The translations under genes and the position numbers were made by a program. A stretch of DNA of 64,000 nt, from NCBI GenBank assembly GCA_963796285.1, contig CAWCKW010000012.1, forward strand, positions 416,001 through 480,000. Reading direction: 5' to 3'. Positions 30,541 to 39,785 of the stretch are shown piece by piece; positions within the stretch are counted from its first letter, which is position 1; every line of letters begins with the position of its first letter. The DNA is from Nitrospirota bacterium. GTDB taxonomy: Bacteria; Nitrospirota; UBA9217. The notes under the pieces are model-generated. The model was given only the letters and a program-made list of their open reading frames with translations. It had not been told where the DNA came from and ran no database searches.

Positions 30541-31104
30541 ATGTTCAGAGTGAACTTTTATAAAGTGATCGCAACAGTCCTCATCATCACCGCATTTGCC
30601 TTTGGTGGTTACTTTCTTTTACGAGGAACAGAAATCACCATACCCGCCCTCTTTCATCCTGTCACCGGGGTGCGACTGCTCATGAGCATGGACGGGTTCA
30701 AATTCACCAAATCAGAGAACGGACGGGTCTCGTGGCGCATGAACGCCCGGAGTGCGGACCTGTATGAGAACAAGGAGGCCCAATTAAAGGACATTAAAAT
30801 TGTGTTTACGAGCCCGGAGAACAAGGAGGCAACGCTCCTTGGTGAAGCAGGGACAATGGACACGTCAAACGGGAATTCTTCTATCCGCCGGGTGACACGT
30901 GCGGTCAGGGTCATTACGAGCGACGGCTATCTGCTGACGACAGACTCACTTTTTTGTAAGGCGGTCGAACGGGTTGTCTGGACCGCTGATCCTTTTAAGC
31001 TGCTCGGAAGCGAGATATACCTCGAAGGGGTAGGACTATCTGCGAATGTGGACTTGCGTAAGATCATGGTCAAGAACAATGTCAAAGCAGTTCTTCAGGA
31101 ATAG
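30541..31104 (+). CDS. lptC: LPS export protein LptC
   Basis: Single N-terminal TM, beta-rich body; first gene of lptCAB. Confidence 0.8.
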   Translation: MFRVNFYKVIATVLIITAFAFGGYFLLRGTEITIPALFHPVTGVRLLMSMDGFKFTKSENGRVSWRMNARSADLYENKEAQLKDIKIVFTSPENKEATLLGEAGTMDTSNGNSSIRRVTRAVRVITSDGYLLTTDSLFCKAVERVVWTADPFKLLGSEIYLEGVGLSANVDLRKIMVKNNVKAVLQE

Positions 31105-31579
31105 CCTGTTCCTCATTGCATCCCTGCTCGTCATTGCGGCGTCATCGGCTGATGCGCGCTCCGGCAAGAGTACGCGGGAACCCCTGGTGATCACTTCGAA
31201 CCGCATGGATGCGGAAAAGCTCGGCGACAAGGTAACATTTACGGGAAAGGTGACCCTTAAAAAAGAAGGCATGACGCTAACATCGGACGTTATGATCGTA
31301 TATTACGATGTCGGATCGAAGGACATCAGAAAAGTCGAGGCGCACGGCAATGTTGAAGTACGCAAGGATGGCAGGGTGGCGCTCTCGAACGATGCGCTGT
31401 ATTCCAGGCGTGAAGAAACCATTGTTCTCACGGGAAACGCCACTATCATCGAGAACGAAAACAAGCTGGGCGGAGAAAAAATAACACTTTTCATGGCCGA
31501 TGACCGCAGCATCGTTGAAGGCGGTGGGAAGGTAATGTTTTACAAGGACAAGGCGCAGGAGAACAGGAAGAGAATGTAG
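31079..31579 (+). CDS. lptA: LPS transport periplasmic protein LptA
   Basis: Signal peptide; [23 protein letters not shown] and IVLTGNA motifs. Confidence 0.85.
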   Translation: MSKQFFRNSLFLIASLLVIAASSADARSGKSTREPLVITSNRMDAEKLGDKVTFTGKVTLKKEGMTLTSDVMIVYYDVGSKDIRKVEAHGNVEVRKDGRVALSNDALYSRREETIVLTGNATIIENENKLGGEKITLFMADDRSIVEGGGKVMFYKDKAQENRKRM

Positions 31580-31584
31580 CCGAT

Positions 31585-32316
31585 ATGGATGAAACGCAGG
31601 CGCTTGAGGCCATAAAACTGGAAAAGAGCTACCGTGGCAGAAAGATCGTCCGGGGCATAAGTCTGCAGGTCGAACATGGAGAGGTCGTCGGGCTTCTCGG
31701 ACCGAACGGGGCGGGCAAGACAACGACATTCTACATGGTCGTTGGGCTTGTCCGGCCGGACCAGGGTGTGGTCCGTCTGGACGGCAAGGATATCACAAAA
31801 ATGCCGATGTATCAGCGGGCGAAGAACGGCATCGGCTATCTGCCCCAGGAACCGTCCGTCTTCCGGAAGTTGACCGTGGGTGAGAACCTGATGGCCATTC
31901 TCGAGACCATGGACCTATCAGGCCTTGAACGCAAGGAGCGACGGGACCAGTTGCTGACCGAACTGGGAATCTCGCACCTGTCCGATAACATGGCATATAC
32001 GCTTTCAGGAGGGGAGAGGCGGAGGGTAGAGATCGCCCGGGCGCTTACTCTTTCGCCGAAATTCATCCTCCTGGACGAGCCTTTTGCGGGGATCGACCCT
32101 CTTGCGGTCCAAGATATCCAGGGAATCATTTCGCTTCTGAAGAGCAAGGGGATCGGGATACTGATTACCGATCACAATGTTCGGGAGACCCTCGCGATCA
32201 CCGACCGGGCGTATATTATCAGCGAAGGGGAGATCATCGAGGCGGGTTGTGCGGCTGAAATCATGGCAAGTCCGAAAGTACGGCAATTTTACCTGGGCGA
32301 GGCTTTTCGGTTATAA
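31585..32316 (+). CDS. lptB: LPS export ABC ATPase
   Basis: [30 protein letters not shown] and TDHNVRETL motifs. Confidence 0.96.
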   Translation: MDETQALEAIKLEKSYRGRKIVRGISLQVEHGEVVGLLGPNGAGKTTTFYMVVGLVRPDQGVVRLDGKDITKMPMYQRAKNGIGYLPQEPSVFRKLTVGENLMAILETMDLSGLERKERRDQLLTELGISHLSDNMAYTLSGGERRRVEIARALTLSPKFILLDEPFAGIDPLAVQDIQGIISLLKSKGIGILITDHNVRETLAITDRAYIISEGEIIEAGCAAEIMASPKVRQFYLGEAFRL

Positions 32317-32332
32317 TTTAAAAAAGAAAACA

Positions 32333-32423
32333 TCAGGATCCAGGAGACAGAAGTCAGAAGGATTAAGTCGATATCCTACGATGAATCTCTTCAGGCTCCT
32401 GAATTCTGGCTTCTGACTCCTGA
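32333..32423. repeat. 7-bp-periodic imperfect inverted repeat
   Basis: tcaggat ccaggag acagaag tcagaag ... ctgaatt ctggctt ctgactc ctga. Confidence 0.7.
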
Positions 32424-32429
32424 GAAAAC

Positions 32430-33905
32430 ATGGAAGCACGGCTCGAACTAAAACTGCAACAAAAGCTCATCATGACTCCACAGCTCCAGCAGGCCATTAA
32501 GCTGCTGCAGTTGTCGCGTCTCGAACTGGTGCAATCGGTCTCTCAGGAACTGATCGAGAACCCAGTCCTTGAAGAGGTGCCTTCTGAGGAATCCGGGGAG
32601 GATCCCGCTTCTGAAGAAGGAGAGACTGCTCCCGAGACACAAACGGCCGCGGAAACGCTGCCTGAGGTTGGGCCGGAGCAGGAAGCGACCCAGGAGCTCA
32701 AAAGCGATCTCGAACTCGGCCCTCAGTGGGATGAATATCTCAATGAGATGGGAGACGGCCGCGATTACGGTAATGCGGAAGCAGATAATAAAGAACTACC
32801 TTCCTATGACCAGACCCTGACGCGCCTTCCATCATTGAGCGATCACCTTCTGTGGCAGCTCCATCTTTCGGTATCGGACCCCGGCCTGGTGAAAGGCGGA
32901 GAATGGATCATTGGCAACCTTGATGATGATGGTTATTTTCGAGCAACCCTTGACGAACTGGCGCAGCAGTCCGGCTTGTCGTTACGGGAGATGGAACAGG
33001 CGCTCGATCTTATACAGGGCTTCGATCCGCTGGGTATAGGTGCACGCGACCTCCGGGAATGCCTCCTGATACAGGTTAGACAGCTCGATCTTCAGGGGAC
33101 GCTCGTCGAGAAGATCATTGAGGACCACCTTGGTGACCTGGAAAAGAGAAAATATCCGAACATCGCTAAAGCCCTCAATGTAACGCCCCAGGAGGTCATG
33201 GAGGCGTCGCACATCATTATCCACGAGTTGGAACCGAAACCCGGCAGGCCTTACCTAACTGCTGATACCAATTATGTGGTCCCGGATGTTTACGTGATCA
33301 AGGTTGAGGACACGTATGTGGTGCAGCTCAATGATGAGGGGCTCCCGAGGGTCCGCATCAACCCTTATTACCGCAAGTTGATCAGCCGGAATGATGCCAT
33401 TGACAAGGTGACCAAGGAGTACGTCGAGGAGCGATTGCGTTCGGCCCAGTGGCTCATCAAGGGGATGGAGCAGCGAAGCAAGACCATCTATAAAGTTGCC
33501 GAGAGTATCGTCAAGTTCCAGCTCGAATTTCTGGACAAGGGCATCACCCACCTGAGGCCCATGGTGCTGAAAGGCGTGGCTGAGGACATCGGCATGCACG
33601 AATCCACGATCAGTCGCGTGACGACGAACAAGTATATGCACACTCCGCAGGGTATTTTCCCGATGAAGTATTTCTTTACAACAGGATTTTCCGACGGTAC
33701 CGGCACCGATATCTCATCGTTGACCGTCAAAGACACGATCCAGAAGATGATCAAAGAGGAAGACCTGGCAACGCCGCTCAAGGACCAGCAGATCGTCGAT
33801 CTTCTGAAAGCGCGAGGGATCGATATTGCGCGAAGAACGGTGGCGAAATACCGCGAGGAGCTCCGGATACCGCCGACGAGTGTACGAAAAAGGACGGGAA
33901 ATTAA
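32430..33905 (+). CDS. rpoN: RNA polymerase sigma-54 factor
   Basis: MTPQLQQAIKLLQL, HESTISR and the ARRTVAKYRE RpoN box. Confidence 0.98.
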   Translation: MEARLELKLQQKLIMTPQLQQAIKLLQLSRLELVQSVSQELIENPVLEEVPSEESGEDPASEEGETAPETQTAAETLPEVGPEQEATQELKSDLELGPQWDEYLNEMGDGRDYGNAEADNKELPSYDQTLTRLPSLSDHLLWQLHLSVSDPGLVKGGEWIIGNLDDDGYFRATLDELAQQSGLSLREMEQALDLIQGFDPLGIGARDLRECLLIQVRQLDLQGTLVEKIIEDHLGDLEKRKYPNIAKALNVTPQEVMEASHIIIHELEPKPGRPYLTADTNYVVPDVYVIKVEDTYVVQLNDEGLPRVRINPYYRKLISRNDAIDKVTKEYVEERLRSAQWLIKGMEQRSKTIYKVAESIVKFQLEFLDKGITHLRPMVLKGVAEDIGMHESTISRVTTNKYMHTPQGIFPMKYFFTTGFSDGTGTDISSLTVKDTIQKMIKEEDLATPLKDQQIVDLLKARGIDIARRTVAKYREELRIPPTSVRKRTGN

Positions 33906-34040
33906 ATAAGCGCCAATATCATTCAACAAACACCAACTGTCAAGCTGCAAACGATGAGAAAATTGGAATTTGGAGTTTAGCGATCATTTGTATTTTGGGA
34001 TTGGGGTCTGGAATTTAGTACTATCTAAGGAGGATACAGT

Positions 34041-34577
34041 ATGCAGGTTACCGTGATAGGAAGGCACATTGAGGCAACGGAAGCGCTCAAACAGTATGCA
34101 ACGGAGAAGGTAAGCAGGTTGGAGAAGTATCTTCCGAAGACCATTCAGGTGGTTATTACTCTTTCCGTCGTAAAAAAAGTTCACCATATTGCAGAAGCGG
34201 TTATTAAATCCAACGGCCTGCTGATCCAGGCGTCGGAAGAAACTGAAGAGATGTATTCTGCGATCGATCTCCTGACCGCGAAGCTCGAGCGGCGAGTCAG
34301 GAGATACAAGGAAAAGCTGGTTGAGCACAAACATCTAAGCAAAAAGGACGGATCCGTTACCACAGCCCCCTTGTCGTCGCACTCCGAAGACCGTATCCCG
34401 CAGATAATCAAGACCAAACGTTTTGATCTCAAGCCGATGCAGCCGGAAGAGGCCGTGATGCAGATGGAACTTCTGGACAAGGATTTTTTCATCTTTGCGA
34501 ACGCCGGCAGCGGCCATGTTAACGTTATCTACAAGAGAAAAGACGGGAACGTGGGACTCATCGAACCCGCACTGTAA
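34041..34577 (+). CDS. hpf: ribosome hibernation promoting factor (long HPF)
   Basis: GRHIEATEAL, MYSAID and KPMQPEEAVMQM motifs. Confidence 0.93.
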   Translation: MQVTVIGRHIEATEALKQYATEKVSRLEKYLPKTIQVVITLSVVKKVHHIAEAVIKSNGLLIQASEETEEMYSAIDLLTAKLERRVRRYKEKLVEHKHLSKKDGSVTTAPLSSHSEDRIPQIIKTKRFDLKPMQPEEAVMQMELLDKDFFIFANAGSGHVNVIYKRKDGNVGLIEPAL

Positions 34578-34589
34578 GGAAGTGTCGCT

Positions 34590-35081
34590 ATGCCTACAAT
34601 ACGGGACCTGTTGCAGGAGAACCTGATCATCGAAGAGATCGAAGCCGAGGACAAGCAGGGTGTCCTCCGCGAGTTTGCCCGCCTGCTCAAATCCATGAAC
34701 AGGGTCGACAACGAAGAGGAGCTCTTGCGGGTATTGCTTGAGCGTGAATCTCTCGGCAGCACCGGTATCGGTGACGGGGTGGCGATCCCGCACGGTAAGC
34801 TGCCCATGAGCTCCGGGATGATCGTTGCTTTTGGCAGATCAACTAAGGGGGTCGACTTCCAGGCCATGGACTCAAAACCGGTCCATCTCTTTTTACTGCT
34901 GGTGACTCCTGAAGACAGATCGGGAGATCACCTGAAGGCGCTGGCCAGGATCTCCCGTATTTTTAAAAATCCTGGTCTTCGGGAATGCCTACTGACGGCT
35001 CCCACCCGGCAGGAAATTCAGAGACTGATATGCCAAGAGGACAGCAAATATCCGCAGCCGCAGGCCGTGCTGAAAAAATGA
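34590..35081 (+). CDS. ptsN: PTS EIIA-Ntr-like protein
   Basis: RESLGSTGIGDGVAIPHGK and HLKALARISR motifs. Confidence 0.9.
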   Translation: MPTIRDLLQENLIIEEIEAEDKQGVLREFARLLKSMNRVDNEEELLRVLLERESLGSTGIGDGVAIPHGKLPMSSGMIVAFGRSTKGVDFQAMDSKPVHLFLLLVTPEDRSGDHLKALARISRIFKNPGLRECLLTAPTRQEIQRLICQEDSKYPQPQAVLKK

Positions 35082-35959
35082 AGGTCACGGTGGCAGAATT
35101 GACGGGAACCGCGACGGTCCTTGCGGGACGCGCAGGACTCGGCAGGGAGATTCTTTCTCCGCAGATGACGGCCCCTGAACTGTCTGCGCCACCGGGGAAG
35201 GGGACCGCCTCGTGCGTCATGCATCTCCGGCCGAGCCAGGTCGTTTACCTGTGCTCGCTTCCCGTGAACGAGCGAAAGCGGCTTGCCCGTGTTCTGGTGA
35301 AACAGAAACCCGCTTGTATCCTTCTTAGCGGAGGTAAAATCTGTAAAGAGCTTCTTGATACTGCGGATGCTTCGAAGGTCCCGTTACTCAAGAGTAAGAA
35401 CCTGCCGGAACTTCGACGTCTATTGGTGGAAAAACTATTGCCGTGGGTCAGTCTTCACGGCGTGCTGGTGCGGATCTTTGATCTCGGTACGCTCATCATT
35501 GGGGAAAGCGCGGTCGGCAAGAGCGAGGCCGCCCTTGATCTGGTGCTCCGCGGTCACAAGCTTGTTGCCGACGACCTCGTGATCCTGGAAAAAAAGAACA
35601 GCGAGATCAGCGGCAGACCTCCAGAAATGGGAGCGGACCTGTTGCAGATCCGTGGGCTCGGGATCATCAACATCAGGGCATTGTACGGAGAATCGGCGAC
35701 GATCGACGAGAGCTCGATCGGGCTGGTTGTGGAACTGGCAGAGTGGAAAGCGGGTCAACAGTACAGCCTCGTCGGTCTGCGAGAGAGGCGCTACCGGATA
35801 CTTGGGGTCAGCTTGCCCTATCTGAAACTGCCGGTCAAGCCCGGCAGAAACATGGCTACGCTCATTGAAGTGGCGGCCAGAAATCAGATGCTTAAAAAAC
35901 GCGGCATTTTTACCGCTCGGGACCTGGACAGAAAACTTAGAAAGAGGCTCAAGGGATGA
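35078..35959 (+). CDS. hprK: HPr kinase/phosphorylase
   Basis: LHGVLV, GESAVGKSE, LVADD and PGRNMATLIEVAARN motifs. Confidence 0.92.
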   Translation: MKVTVAELTGTATVLAGRAGLGREILSPQMTAPELSAPPGKGTASCVMHLRPSQVVYLCSLPVNERKRLARVLVKQKPACILLSGGKICKELLDTADASKVPLLKSKNLPELRRLLVEKLLPWVSLHGVLVRIFDLGTLIIGESAVGKSEAALDLVLRGHKLVADDLVILEKKNSEISGRPPEMGADLLQIRGLGIINIRALYGESATIDESSIGLVVELAEWKAGQQYSLVGLRERRYRILGVSLPYLKLPVKPGRNMATLIEVAARNQMLKKRGIFTARDLDRKLRKRLKG

Positions 35960-36819
35960 ATTGTACACGCCTGGTTGTTGTTACGGGCCTTTCCGGCTCA
36001 GGCCGGAGCGCAACGCTGAAGGCCTTCGAGGACATGGGGTTTTACTGCGTAGACAACCTCCCGCTCTCCCTGCTTTCCGCGTTCGTCGAATTCGCTCAGA
36101 GATCGGAGGAGGCGTTTCAATCAGCCATTGGTATCGACATCCGGGAAAAGGGCTTCCCCAAACTGTTCCCTGCATTGTATGGTGAGCTGAAGTCCCAGGG
36201 CTGCGCCATTGAATTGCTTTTCCTGGATGCATCGGACCAGACGATTGTACGGCGTTTCAGCGAGACGAGAAGACCTCATCCCCTGTCGCGGGGGACGACG
36301 CCATTGTTGGACGGGATACGTATGGAGCGGGAAGCGCTTGCCGAGGTCAAGAAACTGGCTGACCGGATCATCGATACCTCGGACTACACGGTCCACGATC
36401 TGCGCCAGACGATCGAACGGCACTATGCCGCCGGCGATGCCGTCAGGCCCATGGTGATCACCCTGCTCACCTTCGGCTACAAATTCGGCGTTCCCTACGA
36501 CCTCGACCTCCTGTTCGATCTCCGCTTCCTGCCGAACCCGCACTTTGTGCCTGAGTTGAGGCCCTCCACCGGAGAAGATCCAAGGGTCAGAGAATACATC
36601 ATGGCGCAACGCGATTCCGTAGAGTTTCTGGACAGGCTCCAGGGGTTTATCGGGTACCTTCTGCCACGCTACAGGAGCGAGGGGAAAAGTTATCTTACGA
36701 TCGGGTTTGGATGCACGGGCGGCAGACATCGATCAGTCGCGGTCGCATTGATGATCGCGGAGTGGCTCAGGCGGAGCGGTTACGACGTCATTATAAAACA
36801 TCGGGACAGGGGAGAGTGA
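35956..36819 (+). CDS. rapZ: RNase adapter RapZ/YvcJ
   Basis: TGLSGSG, VDNLP, RFSETRRPHPL and GCTGGRHRSV motifs. Confidence 0.95.
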   Translation: MNCTRLVVVTGLSGSGRSATLKAFEDMGFYCVDNLPLSLLSAFVEFAQRSEEAFQSAIGIDIREKGFPKLFPALYGELKSQGCAIELLFLDASDQTIVRRFSETRRPHPLSRGTTPLLDGIRMEREALAEVKKLADRIIDTSDYTVHDLRQTIERHYAAGDAVRPMVITLLTFGYKFGVPYDLDLLFDLRFLPNPHFVPELRPSTGEDPRVREYIMAQRDSVEFLDRLQGFIGYLLPRYRSEGKSYLTIGFGCTGGRHRSVAVALMIAEWLRRSGYDVIIKHRDRGE

Positions 36820-36947
36820 ACGAGTTCATGGAGTTTATTGTGTCTAACGAGTCTGACGAGTCGTAAATAGAAGCGTTAAACTCGCAAACTCTTGAGATGC
36901 AATGAACGCAAAGGACTCTCTTGACCCTCTCAAAAGGAGATTTGAGC

Positions 36948-37349
36948 ATGATCGGACTGGTGGTGGTATGTCACGAGGACATGGGCGCCGAGTTAGTGAA
37001 GGCCGCAGAGATGATCGTAGGCAAGATCGATGCGGTTGCGACGGTGAGCGTGAAACAGGAGAGTGCGCCGGAATTGCTCAGAGATGCAATCCAGTCCGCG
37101 ATAAAAAAGGTGGATGGTAAAAAGGGCGTCATGCTTTTTACTGACATGTTCGGCGGGACACCTTCCAATATCGCCCTCGCTTTTCTTGGAGAATCGATCG
37201 AAGTGGTCACCGGCGTCAACCTTTCGATGCTGATCAAGTTCGCAAATCATCGTGATGAAAAATCTCTTCTCGAGCTTGCCAGGCTCGTCCAGGAGGCGGC
37301 GCAGAAGAGCATCGTGATAGCAAGTCAGATGCTGAAAGGGAAAAAGTAG
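36948..37349 (+). CDS. PTS mannose-family EIIA
   Basis: VVVCHED, TDMFGGTPSN and GVNLSML motifs. Confidence 0.9.
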   Translation: MIGLVVVCHEDMGAELVKAAEMIVGKIDAVATVSVKQESAPELLRDAIQSAIKKVDGKKGVMLFTDMFGGTPSNIALAFLGESIEVVTGVNLSMLIKFANHRDEKSLLELARLVQEAAQKSIVIASQMLKGKK

Positions 37350-37355
37350 GTCCTC

Positions 37356-37841
37356 ATGATAGTGTTGAGCCGCATAGATGACCGCCTGATCCATGGACAG
37401 GTTGTGGAGGGGTGGGTAAATTTTCTGAAAGCGACCTGCATTTTCGTTGCCGACGATCGGGTTGCGTCGAATCCTTTTCAGCGTACCATCATGGAGCTTT
37501 CCGTGCCGCAAGGATTGAAGGCCGTCATCGGCCGGGTTGAGGACATCTGCGATCTGGTGCACACCGAGGCGCTCAATGCAGACAGGATCATCCTGTTGTT
37601 CTCGAACCCCGCTGACGTTCTGCGCGCGATCAATTCGGGACTGGACTGCCGGGTGCTCAATATCGGCGGCATGCACTATGTACCTGGGAAACGCAAGCTC
37701 ATGGACGTGCTTGCAGTCGATGATGCTGACCTGGCGGCGCTCAAGGAGCTTGCTGCAAAGGGCATCAAGATTGATGTACAGACGGTCCCGAACCAGCGGC
37801 GGGTGCCGCTTGAAAAGATCTTCACCACCTGTCATGTCTGA
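37356..37841 (+). CDS. PTS mannose-family EIIB
   Basis: RIDDRLIHGQV motif. Confidence 0.93.
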   Translation: MIVLSRIDDRLIHGQVVEGWVNFLKATCIFVADDRVASNPFQRTIMELSVPQGLKAVIGRVEDICDLVHTEALNADRIILLFSNPADVLRAINSGLDCRVLNIGGMHYVPGKRKLMDVLAVDDADLAALKELAAKGIKIDVQTVPNQRRVPLEKIFTTCHV

Positions 37842-37921
37842 AAAGGCAGAAGCAGTGGTTCGTAACGATGTCCAAAGTTCAGAGTCCCGGGTCCCGTGGT
37901 TTTACGTAAAAGGAAATCTCC

Positions 37922-38701
37922 ATGCCTGTGCTTGATGCACATATGGTTCTCGCCGTTTTGGGCATCGCACTTCTCGGCGGACTCATTGGGCTCGATCGGA
38001 CCGCGGTCGGTCAATTCATGATCTCGGAACCCATCGTCGCCGCTCCCCTGACGGGGTGGATACTTGGTGATCCGATAGCGGGGACCATCATCGGCGTGGT
38101 TCTCGAACTCGTCTGGGTGCTTGATATGCCGATCGGCGCCTTTGTGCCCGCAGATGCGACGATCAGCGCTGTGTCCGCAACGGCTATTGCAGCGCTGGGG
38201 AGCGCGGGGAACGCGCCGCTTCCGGTGATCGGATTCAGCATTCTATTGACCACTGCGATGGTGCCGGCAACCATGAGGGCCGACGGCATTGTCAGGCACT
38301 GGAACTCGCGGCTGGCTGACGCTGTCATGACCGGTCCAGGACCTGATGCCGGACGCAGGTTGGCCCGCGCGCACCTCAGCGGACTTCCGGTATTCTTTAT
38401 GAAGTCCTTTGTCTTGTACCTTGTGTTTCTGCCTCTGGGTCTTGCAGCGGTATCAGCGTTCGATCATTTGCCCGAGAATGTTCACCGGGCGATGTCCCTG
38501 TTCGTGAAGTTCCTCCCCCTGATCGGGGTAGCGCTGGTGGTGCGTAAACTCTCTATGAAAACAGTCGACCTTTTTTTGCTCAGCGGGTTCATGATTGCAG
38601 CAATGGCGGGGTACCTCTTCCATGCCCCGGCGGTTATTATCATACTGCTATCCGTAACCGGCGGATGGTTGGGGGCCAGATACCGTGAACGACGTTCATA
38701 A
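37922..38701 (+). CDS. PTS mannose-family EIIC
   Basis: LDRTAVGQFMISEPIV motif; polytopic; operon position. Confidence 0.85.
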   Translation: MPVLDAHMVLAVLGIALLGGLIGLDRTAVGQFMISEPIVAAPLTGWILGDPIAGTIIGVVLELVWVLDMPIGAFVPADATISAVSATAIAALGSAGNAPLPVIGFSILLTTAMVPATMRADGIVRHWNSRLADAVMTGPGPDAGRRLARAHLSGLPVFFMKSFVLYLVFLPLGLAAVSAFDHLPENVHRAMSLFVKFLPLIGVALVVRKLSMKTVDLFLLSGFMIAAMAGYLFHAPAVIIILLSVTGGWLGARYRERRS

Positions 38702-39467
38702 AAGAATAGGCCCTGACGACCTGTTCGGAGTGTTTCTCAGGGCCCTGCTTATTCAGGCGTCATGGAGCTTTGAACGAATGCAATCGATCGGGTTCGCATA
38801 CGCGATCGAACCGGTGCTTCGAAAACTCTATCCGGACCCGTCAGAGTATGAATCTCGGATACGTCTCCATCTGGAGTATTTCAATACCCAGCCATTCCTT
38901 GCTGCATACATCCTGGGCGCAGTAGTACGGATGGAAGAGGACCGGGCGATTGGCCGGAATGCGGGTGGCGACGTCCCCGGTCTGAAGGCGGCGCTTATGT
39001 CGCCGCTCGGAGCGCTCGGCGACAGCTTCTTCTGGGGCGCTCTCAAACCGCTGGCCGCTGTAGTGGCTGTGGCGCTGCTTATGACCGGATATTGGTGGGC
39101 GCCGCTCGTGTTCCTGGTGTTCTACAATACCTGGCATGTGGGCCTCAGGGCAGGCATGCTGTTCTGGGGCTACCAGAGTGGTGGCGATGCCGTGGCGCTT
39201 ATGACCAGGTACAGCCTGATGAAAACAACCAAACGGTTCAAACTGATCACGCTTACTGTCCTCGGCGGGATTATCGGTATGGCTCCGGCCTGGAGACTGG
39301 AGTTCCAGCCGATGGTCAATGGGTCGTTTTTGTTGATGGCGCTGTTTTGGCTGGTTATCACAGCGGCATTGGTCGCGGTTTTTCGGCGAGGCGGGTCTCC
39401 GATACAACTTATGATTGGGCTGGCAGTGTTCTGTCTTGCCTTGGCGTACGCGGGAGTCATTGAATGA
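38685..39467 (+). CDS. PTS mannose-family EIID
   Basis: QASWSFERMQSIGF, FNTQP and LGALGDSFFW motifs. Confidence 0.9.
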   Translation: MNDVHKRIGPDDLFGVFLRALLIQASWSFERMQSIGFAYAIEPVLRKLYPDPSEYESRIRLHLEYFNTQPFLAAYILGAVVRMEEDRAIGRNAGGDVPGLKAALMSPLGALGDSFFWGALKPLAAVVAVALLMTGYWWAPLVFLVFYNTWHVGLRAGMLFWGYQSGGDAVALMTRYSLMKTTKRFKLITLTVLGGIIGMAPAWRLEFQPMVNGSFLLMALFWLVITAALVAVFRRGGSPIQLMIGLAVFCLALAYAGVIE

Positions 39468-39733
39468 AGAAAAAAGAGCTGTTGATCGAGAACAAATTGG
39501 GACTTCATGCGAGGGCCGCGGCCCAGATCGTGAAGACGGCGAGTGCATACGTATCCAAGATCACGCTGGCCAAGGATGGTCTCGAGGTGGACGGTAAAAG
39601 CATTATGGGGATCATGATGCTGGCCGCCGCCAAGGGGTCAACGGTACTTCTGCACGCCCATGGGGAAGATGACGACCGAGCAATAGAAGGAATGGAAAAG
39701 CTTTTTCACGACAAGTTCGGGGAAAAAGAATAG
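39464..39733 (+). CDS. ptsH: phosphocarrier protein HPr
   Basis: GLHARAAA (His15) and DGKSIMG (Ser46) motifs. Confidence 0.95.
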   Translation: MKKKELLIENKLGLHARAAAQIVKTASAYVSKITLAKDGLEVDGKSIMGIMMLAAAKGSTVLLHAHGEDDDRAIEGMEKLFHDKFGEKE

Positions 39734-39785
39734 AAGAAAGAGCGCAGTAAACAACAGAAAGCAGACAGGGAACGGAACAGACGAA